Under the pieces are notes generated by a model, which saw only the letters and a program-made list of their open reading frames with translations, was not told where the DNA came from and searched no databases. Shown here one piece after another: positions 1-13,300 of a stretch of DNA of 64,000 bases. Origin of the DNA: Phallusia mammillata (lineage: Eukaryota); the NCBI GenBank assembly GCA_965637545.1, contig OZ281496.1, positions 24,118,001 to 24,182,000 of the forward strand, written 5' to 3'. A program made the translations under genes and the position numbers. Position 1 is the first letter of the stretch; each line of letters starts with the position of its first letter.

Positions 1-1003
1 TCTTGTTATTGGCTATACTCTTGACCTGACGGTATGTGTTGTTCCGCAAGCACACAAACGTTAAAGCATCAGAAGGGATCACTTTATTTACAGACACACG
101 TAAATAAAAAGAGTGTAGGAAGACGGCAGGTGGCGCAACAGGGTTCCAAAAACTAAAAATCGTCACGGCAGCGACGCTCCTCGTTTCGTGTTTTCAACTA
201 GTGTTGTAACGAAATATTGAAAAACGGATCTTGTGTAGAAAAATTGTCAAAAAGTACAATCAATCAAATATGGCGGTAACATAAAAGAAAAGGCAAAAAA
301 ACTTAACATAGCTGAGTTACACATATGCTATTATTGTTGGGAGTAGACTGATGTTGGGTTTGTGGCTTTAACGACAGCAAATGAGTGTATTTCAACCAGC
401 CTTTAAGATGTAAATATTCAGTTTTAGCACCTTTAAATTTTTAGATTTGAAACCTATTTAAATAGACGTGAGTATATATTGTTGTTGTGCACAAATTGGT
501 TTATGAATTGTTGACGAAGTTCCCTACTCGATGAACCATTCCAGAGAATCGCAATAAGCGCTAAATAACTAGCCCAACAATCAACACTGGCAATAGCAAA
601 GGTGCATTTGACATTAAATAGTCAAACATTTTTCTGGTAAAAACATTATAGGAACGGTGCAGGTGTCGTCTAAATCGGATGCAAAAATTTACAGTGCTGT
701 AAAAAGTCATAAAACAATCTTTTAAAGGTTTACCGTAATTGGGGTGTTAATAGCGGCGGTTAACTGGAAGGTGCTAAAATGTGTTCGGGTTGAAAGGGCG
801 GTCTCCAATCTAGAGGCATTATCAGTTTTTTATTTGCATGTTTGCCAAAGAGAAGCTATAAAAACACACAATGGGGAAATTCCTAGTTGCTTTTCAACTC
901 AACAACAAAATCAACAAAAAAGACGTTCTGTGGTTTTTCTTTAGGCCGTTGTGTCGAAGTCCGTGTTAAGGGATTTCTAACTACTCCTTTATCAATTTTT
1001 TCC

Positions 1004-1009
1004 TTTATT
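1004..1009 (-). promoter_or_regulatory. Candidate polyadenylation signal (AATAAA) for GULP1
   Basis: TTTATT on the plus strand at 1004-1009, about 330 nt downstream of the GULP1 stop codon. Position only. Confidence 0.35.
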
Positions 1010-1340
1010 AAATCATATTACAAACTAACGAAACTTTAAGGTTATAGAAATTAATTTTTGGTTCCAAGTTTATGCCCAACGAAAGGTTTGGATACTGGTT
1101 TAATTGCTAGCCGTTGAAACCAGCGGTAAGGTCACGTTTTTAGATCTACTTGGAGGCTGTTTTTCCCGTTAGCGTGGTTCGTAAATTTGTCACCGACAAA
1201 CAAATAAATCGTTGTAGCACTTTGAAGAAGACAGAGTTCATAGCAGCACTGTTGGATTCGACCATTGCACCACTAAAGAAATTTCACACAGTATATTCCT
1301 TCCCGCGATGTAACCAATAATAACTTTACAACCTTCTTGA

Positions 1341-4300
1341 TTACTTCAGTGGATCAAAAGAGTCCAGAGTAATTTCGGGTTGCAATATTTGCATTGTCTG
1401 TTTCATGCTGTCCTCCTGAAAAAAAAACTTTACGTTCAATTTTTTTCAGAGCTAAACTTTAGTATACGACTGTCGTTTTTTTGTCGTATTATGTGCTGGT
1501 TGTTTTTGATAGTGGGTAAATGGTTTTAATGGTTATCGTTGGTATGGTCGACTACAGTTGATCGTGTTTGACTGTTGTAGGTTTTTTTTTGTCCCAATGT
1601 TGTTTCTTACAACAACAAAAGTTATCAGTTATGTATAGTTTAAAAATGTATGCTATTGGCCTTCGTTTCACTAAGTAAAGTAGAAGAGAGTAAGAGCAGA
1701 AGTTTTAAAAGGAAAGAAAAATCGTAATAGTACTTTTGCTATTCTTTGTCTGGTCAGACGTTTTCGATCGTCTACTAGTTCTTTGGTAGTAGAATTGGAA
1801 TCATATTGTCTTGGTTGCGAGACGGGTTTCATCTGAGATAGTTTGTTTTCTTCTTGCATTATCCATGCCAGCTTTGACGACCTCATTATCTTCCGAAGAA
1901 TCTCACTTTGGTTCTCGTAGTTCTCTTCAGGCTGATGTGATGTTATAAGTATGGTGACAAGAAAAAAGAGAGATTGAGTTTAAAGTTTACTTTCCGAAGA
2001 AAAAAACATAGAGTATTAGATTAGGTCCATAAAATGTCTTAATAATCAGGAGGTATAAGAATTGGAAAAAGGGAAAGGAGACAAAGAAGAAAGTTGACAT
2101 TGTGATAACGCTCAGATTAGTATTTTATGTTTTCACCTAATTTATCAAGCCTTTCGGTTTGGCCTTTCACGCATTTAGTTTTCCACTCCTTATTGTCTTT
2201 ACCCGAATCTTTTGATTATTTTTACCTTTATTGTCACGTCAGGTTGAGAAAGTTGGATGTTTAAACGTGTAAGCTCACCGAGTGGATCGTCGAACAGCTG
2301 CTTTCCTAGATCTAAACACAAAAAAGTTTGTTGGAAAACAAGTAAAACAGCCAGTGCAAATTATGCTAATTGCTTCATGATTTGGGTGCCGAACCAACTT
2401 GTGTTATAATTTTTGAACACGAAAGGCTCGATGAAACAGAACACTTGTATGATATAATTCATAAACCTCTTTAGCTTCAAAGTCTAGTTTAAATGCTTGT
2501 AATGCTACTTGGCACTGACAAAGTTCACATGCACATAAAATGGTACCACGCGTTTCACATATACCGTTTTGCTGCTTGCTAGCCCTTCGCTTTGGTGTCC
2601 TGACAGGATGAACTTCGTCAGGGGACGGAAGGCGAATTATCGGGGATCCATTTTTGGTCGTTTTTGTTTCACCTCCGAACGGTTGCATATCGAAAGCATC
2701 ACGTGACTGCTTTGTCTAAAAATTGGCCAAAAGTTTATTGGGTTTGTTCTATGGAATTGCTATGACACAAGGTCAGTCTTTTACATTTCTGCAGTACAAT
2801 GCTAAATTACCTTTAAATGGTATTTTCAGTGTTATGTTAAGAAATGAGAACACAGAAGAAGTGTTAAAAGAGACCAGTTGTATAAAGTGCTTAAAAGAAA
2901 AAAAAACGTTGAAGTTTATGGACAGGTTAGGCAAGAAAGTACCGATTTTGAAGAACGTGCAAGTTTCTTATCGTGGTGAGGCTTAGAATAGGAAGAAGAA
3001 GCAGGCAAAGGTTTTTCTGATGTAGAAACAGAAGGTTGGCTTAACTTCTCTGCTTCTGTAAGTATATCAATCAAGTCTTGCCCATCCAAATCATCAGCAG
3101 TGACTTGATGTTTCGAAGCTTTCCACTTGCTTTCGTAACTCTTCAGCCAAGTATCCTGCTTTGCATCTTTACGTACGGACTTCATTAAACTATGTACAGT
3201 ATCATAGGTTGAATCTACGTTTTCCGATTCGTCTTCAAATGATGTTTCAGCCACTTTTCTTGCTTCTTTTAACAAGAGATAGCCGTCTTCGCCTGAAAAT
3301 CGGTCCAAAGTTGAATCCAGTACCGACACTGGAGCACCAGTTGGCCGCGAGTTTTTGCTTTGTACAGCATCAAGTGATTGTTGTCTAGGTAGATTCTTGC
3401 CAGGATCGGGATTCATATAAAGTGAACCTTCCGGTGATTCAAAACAGTACGAATGCACGCCTTGTCTATCCGTAGACGAACTAACGTCGCTACTCGTTGC
3501 CGAGTAGATTGACAACGAACCCATAGAAGAAGACTTTGCACCTAAAGAGTCGTGGAGAAATTGTGGAGGCTTCGGAGGAATTGCTGGGTGGTCACGTGGT
3601 GGAAGAGCAGGAGGAGAGTCCGATTTATTTTCATCTGGCATCATATGCTTGTATTTAGCCTGAATCTTTGCATATGATACATTCATGTAGCTTCGATCGG
3701 AGGCCGCATCATCAATCACAGTTTCATGCATGTCAGATAAGAACGTTTGGTCAGCGGTGGACGGTTGTTCAGGTTCTGCACAAACCCGGTTGTTTTCAAC
3801 CCTACCACCTGATGAAGTCCCTGGTGTGTCACTGATCATCGATTGCAAAGTTCCAATCACTTCATTGAATCCTGTGTACAGGCTTGAAGCACTATTGCGT
3901 CGCCCAACAGGCTTCTCACTTGTTTGTGACTCACGTTTGATCATGGCTGGAGGCAATGAGTTATGCTGATTGGCTCTTAATTCCTGTTGTTGTTTTTCAG
4001 TTTCATCCTTATTTTGTCCTTTACTTTTCGGCTTAGGTTGGGAAAGATATTTTGCTGCGCACTCTTGAATTTCTGATATTTTAGCATAATTGTCATCATC
4101 TTCTTCATCATTGCCATTTAGAGTTGGGCCAGGCACCTGGTTTTCTGGCTTTTTAATTGATGGAGATCCTGCATCTGACTTATGCTTCTTACGCAACTTC
4201 CTCTGATTGACAAAATCTTTAAGATTTTTGAGAGAAGCTTTCGCTCTTTCAACGGAGGCAATTGTCTGGTCAATGTACGCTTGCTTTTGTATTCGTTTTG

Positions 4301-7300
4301 CTGGGGGCAAGTTTGGAGAGTTAAACCTCGATTCCAAATACTTCTTGCTGATTGGTGAGTTTGAGAGGGCGGGGTCGTTGAAGATGTTTAAAAGGTCATT
4401 CGAGGTTGCGTATTCGCTTTCACTGCTCGATTGCTCACTGAGTGAGACTTGGCGAACAGGATACTTAGATGCTGATTTTCCTGGGATGTTTGAAGTTGAG
4501 GTTGTGGCCTCTAATATATCTACGTCTTCCTGTTTTGGCGAAGGACCGTGGAAAAGAAACAAAACAGATTGTAAAAGAAGGTGTAGTTAAAAGAAAGAGG
4601 TATAGTTAAAGGGAAAGTTTGTGGTATTGACAAAAGTAATTAAAAAGAGAAAAAAAGCAAAGAAAAAGGGAAGTTTATGAACAAACTAAAAATGTATAAA
4701 TGGCGATTGTTATTTTCATGTGTATTTAGATGGAAGAATTTTGGTGTCAACCTCTATTTAGGGTTATATTGAATGGAACTTTGTATACTGTGTTTCTAAT
4801 TTCTTACACTTACGGTTTTGGTCGGAGTATAAACAGTTCTGGCAGGGGAAGTCCCGAGCGATGACGGTGGGGATTTCCCGGTTTCAAGTTGTGCAATTCT
4901 TCTCTTTAGTTTTGCATTTTCCGTCTCCAGTTCAACGATTCTTTTGTTCAGATCGACGACCTGACAAAAACAGAAATGTTTTAGATGTTTACACAATCTA
5001 TGTATTACATACTGTACTACGTGAAACTATTGTGACGCGCGTTCTTGCACTGGTTATCGTACAAGATTATAGTTTTCTTCCTTTTATGTGCATCATATTG
5101 GGCCTAAATTAGAGATGTCTTACTGTTTGGAGTATCATATTGGAATATTAGATTATTGTTTTTTTTTCCTGTACGGAACATCGCATTGGTGTAGGCTTTT
5201 TTCCTATTTAGAGTTTAATATTCAAACTTTAAACGGATGTAACTACTTATTTTTCCCCATCTGCTTACCAGTAAAGTTGACTGTGCCTCTCAGGTGAATT
5301 TTATCGGGCTTGTTTTGTCAGTAAGTTCGTGTGTGTTGCCGTACTAGTTTGATTGTGTTTCTTCATACTGTTTTAAGTCATATATTTTCATAAACATTTC
5401 TATTCTTTTTATTTATGTGATTGGGAATGTTACGGTGGCCAAACGGCATGAGCAAAATTGCAAACTCCTCCCAACATTCGGAAATACCATTATCGGTGCG
5501 TCACATTCGCAGTGTTGTTTTGCGTATTTATTCGATTATAAGTCGCAGCTCATGAATTTTTTTAACCTACTGTTTGTGCGATCCAGCGCGGCTTCATATT
5601 TAAGTTATACCGATAATATTTCTACACCCATGCGATTTCGCATTTAATTAAATCCTTTTGCATGGCTTCACACGTCAACATATGCTCAGCTGGGTACAAT
5701 TATTTGCGAAGCTAAGAATTTTTTTTTGCTGCCAGGCATAATATCAAGTATATAGAGCTCTTCTGGCACAGATAATTTTATTCCTTCATGTCAACGTACT
5801 TTCTGATGGTAGAAAGCACGTCGGGTCCATACAAACCTTTCAATGAATAAAATTACATTTGCCAGAAGTGCTCTATAAACTTAAGGCTAAGAATTTGTTG
5901 ATAAAAGTATTATTAAACAAAAGTACCAGACATAAAAAATGCAACTTACAATCAAGTAAATACGGTAACAACAATGACGAAATAGTTGTTGGATACAGTC
6001 ATTAACGATTCAAACTATTTGGGAAGTAAGCAAATCATAATAAAATGTGCAGCTTATGGCATTTTTGTCTGATAAAAAAATGATTCAGCCACAGGGAAAT
6101 CCTTTGGCCAAACGACCACGACCTTCATAAGCAATTCAATACATTAATGGCAATTGGCGCAGCTGCAAGGCGACGCATTGAACAAAGTCAAAGTCGCTCA
6201 GTCACTCGCACAAGAACTAGGTGGTACGTCCTTTGGCCAATTGCAGCCTTTCTAGCTCCTATTGCCAGTTCCGTGTATTTTGCCTGGCTTTACCTAGAAC
6301 CGGCTTGTATTGAAAAGGAGTGTGGGCGTTTGAATGGCAACGGATTTGTAGCTCTGACGTAACATGTCATCACGGTTGTTGTCTGCATTGAGGATGTTTT
6401 TATGTGTCACCTCCTGTTGGAATTTTTTTTCAAATTCTTTAATGTTTGCTGCGGTCAGAAAGGCACCGCTGTTACAGGCTTTTAATTGTCAAGTGATATA
6501 TAGGTAAAAGTGAACATAAAACATTTAAAAAATATTTTATTGTCTGCCTTATTCCTTTTCTTCTAACAGTTGACTATGATAAGCAAAATACGTTTTAGTA
6601 ACGTTATTTTCTCCTCTGCTACAAGCTTACATCTGTTTGAACCAGACACAAGGTCTTGCGTAATGAAATGTCCCTTAGGAAATGCGAGAGTCAAAATAAT
6701 TTGCCATATGATGACGTCATGCAAGATCAATGCAACCACAGGGTTAATGTGTATGAAACCCTATTGACAATTGGCATTGCTGCACAATGTTATACGGTAG
6801 TGAAAACACATTACCTTAGCTAGCTGTTATAAAACAAAGAATATATGTAAACAGTGAACGTGTTATGCTGCGTACAGCTGCGTGTTTAATGCTGATCTTT
6901 TTCGCATTACGTAAGAATGCCGTAGCGAATTGTATAGCCTGATATATATGGCTGTAATGGCGATGAATGCATTTAGGAATATTTCACAGCTCATGATATA
7001 TCATACAGAGACATGTTAAGATACGAAAATGTAAACGTCACCTCATACGAACAGTACAGTTGTGTTAGTGAGACCTTTCACGGTTTTGCACTTGATGTAT
7101 TTTGTTGCTATGGTGACGAGGTCGGTTCATTTACTTGGTTACACCCAAAAACATGCGCTAAATGTCAACGCAGGAGCTATGGTGTTATAATATCGAATAA
7201 GCAAGCCAAGCATAGCAAATCTTTGTCATTTTTGTCTTTCAAACAGAATGATAAAACCAATGCGAAGTCTTAAAGCCAATTTAAACAAGCGTAAGAAATG

Positions 7301-10300
7301 GGTTGCAGAACTTGGTGGCAACTTAGATAAACCGACTATTTGAAGCACATTTGTTAACTAATAGCGTACTTTCCTTAGTCATTCTCGAAAGGCGCTCGAA
7401 AAAATTATGTGGTTTTTCGCGTGAACGATAGTAATTAGAGTCAACGATTCGAATACATTATGCTATGTCATAGCTTGAATTGCTATTTTTGTTACTGTTT
7501 TGTCAAGCAACACACCTTGTAAAATCTATAAATTAAAAAAAAACTTTTAGACTCACGGTATGTTTTTTTAAAATGTAGTTTCATAAACATATAAAATGTG
7601 GCTCAATAAAGCAAACGTATATTAGGAGCCAACCGATAAAAATGTCTACAACCAGTCTTTACAGAACAAGAAGCCAAATGCCTAGCAACCCAAGTATAGA
7701 AAACAACATTACTTTTATACATTGTTGAATCATCTCACCTGTTTTGATGTAGCCATGCCCTTGTCTGTCTTCAAATATCGATCGTAGGCAAGTTCAAACG
7801 CCTGTCCAATCGTTAACGTGATGTCGTTGGCCTACACAGTAAGCTATCATCAAAGTGTGATAATCCTCAAGGATCTAACGCTTCAATGCAAGACAAGGCG
7901 CTAAAGTGACCGATCAGCCCCTGTGAGAAGTCCTTTTGACTGAAGACCTAATTATAATGACGTTATGACTGATTGTAGGCAGACGCCTGGCACGCTATAG
8001 TCACGACTTTACTGGCATAATACCACCTACACTTGAAAACTACTAAAAGCCTGTTTTTGTACGTTCTAAATATGGTATCCTAACAAGGTCATAAAAGCTA
8101 TTTTAAACAGAGCTGCATAGAAGTGCATGAGCAGCTGTAAAAAGGCAGCAAATTGAAAAGAATGCACTTTAACCTGCTTTTGACCTAACATTCAGTCTAG
8201 GTAGCACCATAAGACTGAAACTTTTGGACCCTTTTTCGCTCTTTCAGTTATGGAATGCGTCGACATAAAGCACTCGTGTTATTGTGTTGCCAAATATAAT
8301 ATCTAAACCTGCATATCGATACACTGCGTAGCGTAATTTGACACTTGCGGTTGTTTTCAGCTAAAAGTCTCCTTATCTTCTTGAGGTTTCAAACCACATA
8401 AGTCTACAACTGTCATCAAACATCGAACAGCTTACGTTTTATGGTCAATACACCTGTACACAAAATTTGAAAAACAGCGCTCATGGCTATACCGAAATTA
8501 TTTCGCTTAATTTACATTCGATAACAACCAGCGACTCTTCTACTGCAGGCTATAAATGGCTCGCGTCTGACTAAAACAGAAACTGGGCATGAGATGCCAA
8601 TGCAGTCACGAACTAGCCTCTTCATAACGTTTCACAACAATTAGCGATGTCCAGTTACATCATCTAGCTATTTGAAATAACACCGACCTTTTAGAAGCGC
8701 CGGTTTCAGGGTCTGATCGGTTTCTAAGGCCTGACAAGACTAGCGAAGCGTTGCTATACAGATTTACGTACCTCGTGAAGCGAATCGAGCCCGTAGCAAA
8801 GGTGTTTTCCGTCTTTCCCCTTGGCAATAAAGGAGAACATTCGCTTGTCTTCTTTATCGTCGGCGCAGAAAGACACGTGATGCAGCTTGATGTCATGCAT
8901 CACCTCCTATGCAGCAAAGTGCATGAGAATTAACGTGATGGAAAATCTTGCTTCTCAAAATTGTAAAATAATAATATGCATGCGCCAATGGACATCTAAG
9001 ACAGGTTTAAGAATGTTGATTTAAGATATCAAGGGGCCCATTGTGTAGGGCAGGGGTCACCAAACTTTTTTCACTGCGGGCCGGATAAGTTAAAAAATGA
9101 TTCGCGCGGGCCGCATAGTTTACCTGCCCTAACGTCGCCTTTCCAAACTTAGCATGCGAGGCGATTTTTTAGGTGCGCCAAGAAATGGTCTTTCTACAAC
9201 CCCTTTTAAAAGCTGGTGATGCGACTGTTGAATTGTATAGGTCGTCTCTTACGAGCAATGCTGGTATCTTACGTCACAAGTAACAAAAAAGGCATTTGTT
9301 TGGGCACAATTGACACTTGTAGTTTTGTCTGTGACGTAACAAACTGGCTTTGGATCAATCCTGGGTGTTGTAATCTTATAAAACTAGGTAATATTATTTT
9401 ACATATCGCGACAGGAAAACTTTCGTGAGGAGAAGGGTTATTTTGAATGTTACAAAGTTATCAATACGATTTGGCAAACCAAAAAATGTGGTCGGGGGCC
9501 GGATGAAATGACCTCGCGGGCCGGATCCGGACCCGATATCGTGAAATATTAGTTGAAGAAAACACGTTTATAGAAATTAGTCACAATGTGTAATTGAAAA
9601 AGATTTTTACAAGAAACCGACGGGTTTAAGTTTTACACAGTGCAATCGTAAAACTGGATTTATTAAAGCTTGTTTAAATTCGGCGATGCTACATTTTCTT
9701 GGTGTACCTATATGGGAGATCTTGGTGCAGACTATTTTTCCGTATAGGGTTCGGGTTCAAGCTGTTTTCCAATTGTGTTTGTACAAATCACAATGTACGC
9801 AACCGTGTTATTTGGCAAACACGTATGGCACGTTTCGAATCGATCGTCTTTGTGAACACTTATACGCAAATCTATGTTAATCTACAAATTAAATGGTCTA
9901 TATTAAGACGAGGTGTAAGCTCTTTAACACGTATGGTGAAAACTATTTTTTAAGTGCCCGCTTAGATTTCCTTGCGAAGGAAAAAAGCCCAATTAGCAGT
10001 AATTGTCTAAAAGCTGAACACGTCAAGACAAAACCCTTTGATTCAGTTCAAGCTGGCATTGCTTGTAAATCGTACCTAAAGTGGTTTCAGTACCCACAAA
10101 ATTTGCATACTATAAAAGAAATGATTTTAGCACATGTTACCACAGTTTTGACGGTCACGTACAAATCAATTTGATCATAAGTTGTATCGTAAACACATGA
10201 TGTAGTCAAATTACAACTACAACCGGGTGTAAACGTTTACATGCACAATTGGTTTCGTTGTGTTTATGGTAAACTTGAACACGATTTGGTGAATAGTGAC

Positions 10301-13300
10301 ATCTTGTCTGTTGTTACATTTATGTGTCGCCTTGAATCTAAAGCGCAGTATAAACGTCTACAGATGATACCCACGCACATTGGGTTGTTTGTAGTTTGCA
10401 TGATGCTAATTGGTAATACACAAGCTGCTCACCGTCGGCATTTGTTTTATTGGTTAATTAAGTCACAAAGCAACGACATCAAATATAGTTTTAAATAGCC
10501 ACTATTGCTAATGCAAACTGGCTTCAACAATCTTTGATTTGAATATGGTTGTCTTCATTTGAGTTTATCGGCCCGGTTTACTTGTGTTGGGAGAATTCTC
10601 AGGACATAAATTATGTTTTCCTTAGAATTCAAGCACACAATTTTGTGTTGGGCTCTTGTCGACCCTTAATCTAGCATTTCGAAATTTACAAGCATCTCTA
10701 TGTTTGGACCGGGAGGCCATTATATAGCTCGCAAGCGGAAATTCAAGCACTAGTTTGTCTTTGCTCTGCTTTGCGCCAACGAGCTCAATTAAACAAGGCA
10801 TTGCGACTGGAGAAAGCCTTCGCCCTGTACTAGTTCTAGAAACAACAGCGAAAAACAAAACACGTAACCCAAGAGAACTTTGGTTTCCTGCAGAACGACA
10901 GGGTTTTGGATGAAATTGCTTTGATTTGTCGTAATCTAGGGTATTCCGCAAGGCAAACAACTTGTGTCCAGGTAATTGTATTGCTCACTCGTAAATTCGG
11001 CGAATTAGGGAAGCTATTATGGCCACGTGACATACCAAAAACGTCACATATTTTGTATGTATCATTAACAAACGTTTAAGGATATAACAAACCTCACCAA
11101 CACTGCATCAATGTACACAAATAACTAATGACTTAGCAACTATAGTTTACACCATGACTTCGCTTTTTCTTAAATGTCAAACGCACTTTTCGCGCTATAC
11201 ATAGAACAGCCACGCAAAGGGTTTGAATAGTAATTTTATGCGCACTGTTTCACTCGATCTATTTTTACGTGATTTTCCTATTACACGCTTGTTGGTAAAT
11301 AAGCCATAGGTTGAAACGGGTTGACGGCTGTAACAGCATTGCAAACGAATCATCTAAATTTGGTTGAAATTGACAGTTTGACAGTAAGGTCCTCTACGCA
11401 ATGTCAAATGTGTGACAGCTTTGGTTTGACGTTTTAGTTACACCATTTTTACTCAGATTTGAGCTATATCCACTGTAATTGCAAGTATTGTAGTATAGTA
11501 AGCCTTATGCATAGTCCGACTAAATTTACCAAAAACGTATCAATTTGACATACAACCAGTTTGTGACAAAAATGTTTAGGATATACCAATGAATGACGTT
11601 TTGTACACCTACATTCGAATTAAAATCCTGCAAACTACCCACATTAATACATATTTCCCGCATCATGCAAATGCATGTTACCCACGCTTTTATTCATGTG
11701 GTGATGCTGTTCTGTTATGTAACGGTAACACCCGCTTGACCTGCTGGTGTTGAATCAGACTGTATGCGAAGTTGACCTTACCAAACCAGTTGCTATTCAC
11801 ATTTCAATAGCATTTCTCTAGAGGCCTTTCCTATGCAAATTGACGAAGTCTTGCCGACACGCATACAATTAAACGTCGAATATACCAAAGGAGCGCGTCC
11901 ATATATTCAACTAAGCATATTGTTAAATTGTTTCTTAACATAAGTTACATAAGTTCGTTGTTAATAGAAGAATGAACCAAAAGTCGTTTTTAAAGACAAT
12001 AATTAAAGTGATTTATCACTGCGTATATGCCTAACAGCATGGTATTCTGCATGCAAAATAGTAATATTCCTATTGAGACTACACTACATGGGAAGTATGT
12101 AAAGGTTATGAATAAGCAACACTGCGTATTTATCTGATTATTTTGTTTCCTTCCTGGTTTGGCACGCTATGGAAAAGGTAGGCGCACAGCTCGCATAAAC
12201 ACGGGCAATTACCAGCACCCTCTATATGTCAGATTTAATGGTCCATTTTGGAGTCATTTGTTTATTTAAAGTATTTGCATTCACATTGTCACAAAAGATA
12301 AACATCTGTTTAACAGGCTAAAATCAAGGACCGTATTTTAAGTTTAGAATCTTCTCTGTTACACCTGGGTATGCTAGAGCGTGTGAAAGTTTGCTATAGC
12401 GTTTAGATGAGTCATTATACTGCATTTGGGACTAACATTGCATTAAATCACCGTTTTCAATTGCGTATGATTCAGCATTAAAAGCAAAATTATGATTTCT
12501 GAATGTGAGAAGCGATAAAACAGCGATTTGAAACACAATCTCATACCTGATGATAATATACAATGCTATCCGATATTTTCTCTATTCCATTGTTAATAAA
12601 TGTTGTCTTTTTGCTATACACTGGTCATATCAAAAGGATTCATGTCAAATCCTAATGTGCGTTGCACCACTTGTTTTAAGCGATTGATTTTGGTTAATCT
12701 GACACATTGTTTTAATACTTTTAAAGTGAGACCATTTATGCCATGCAGCTAATTAATTTAACTTAAAAATAAAAGTAGTTTGATTTTTGTCTTGGAGTAT
12801 TGCATTAATTATTCAGGCGATTGGCAAAACCGATAATTAGACAACACCTGCAAAAAATCGATACCTAGTTTGCCACAGGTCTCCGCAAGTTCGCTGCGAA
12901 CCTTATTTCAAAAATACAATATGTAGAAAGGGCGTAGCAGGCTATTATTACATTGCAGCAAATGTATGTATATTGCGGTAGTACCGAGTTGCTTTTTGAA
13001 AGGTGAACTAAAACCGAAGCGTTTACTTAAAATAGACTGCTGCGAGTCATCATGATGAAACGATTTAATTCTCACCTTTGTTCGTATGTCGCTTAATTTT
13101 AGGCCATGAATATTGATGTGGAGTTCAACTTTCGGTGGCTTTGTTCCTTCTGACCTTTTAATATGCCGGGAAAACTTCAACTTCTGCAAGGCATCCTTTA
13201 CAATTTCCATACCCCGGGCATCGCCAACTTCCACAACGCCGACCAACTGGAAATCACAACATATAGTTTTAGGTGTTGTATTAGACCTGTACGTCTTCAC

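Noticed and set aside
124-136. CTCF-like motif CGGCAGGTGGCGC
   Set aside because: A single partial motif match with no supporting context.
3161-4590. Plus-strand ORFs 3161-3388, 3730-3969 and 4207-4590
   Set aside because: Antisense shadows of the long minus-strand exon, with no protein-like features.
7870-7950. Possible alternative acceptor giving VFSQKDFSQGLIGHFSALSCIEALDP* in GULP1
   Set aside because: It would truncate the PTB domain and no donor was found. It cannot be distinguished from chance without RNA data.
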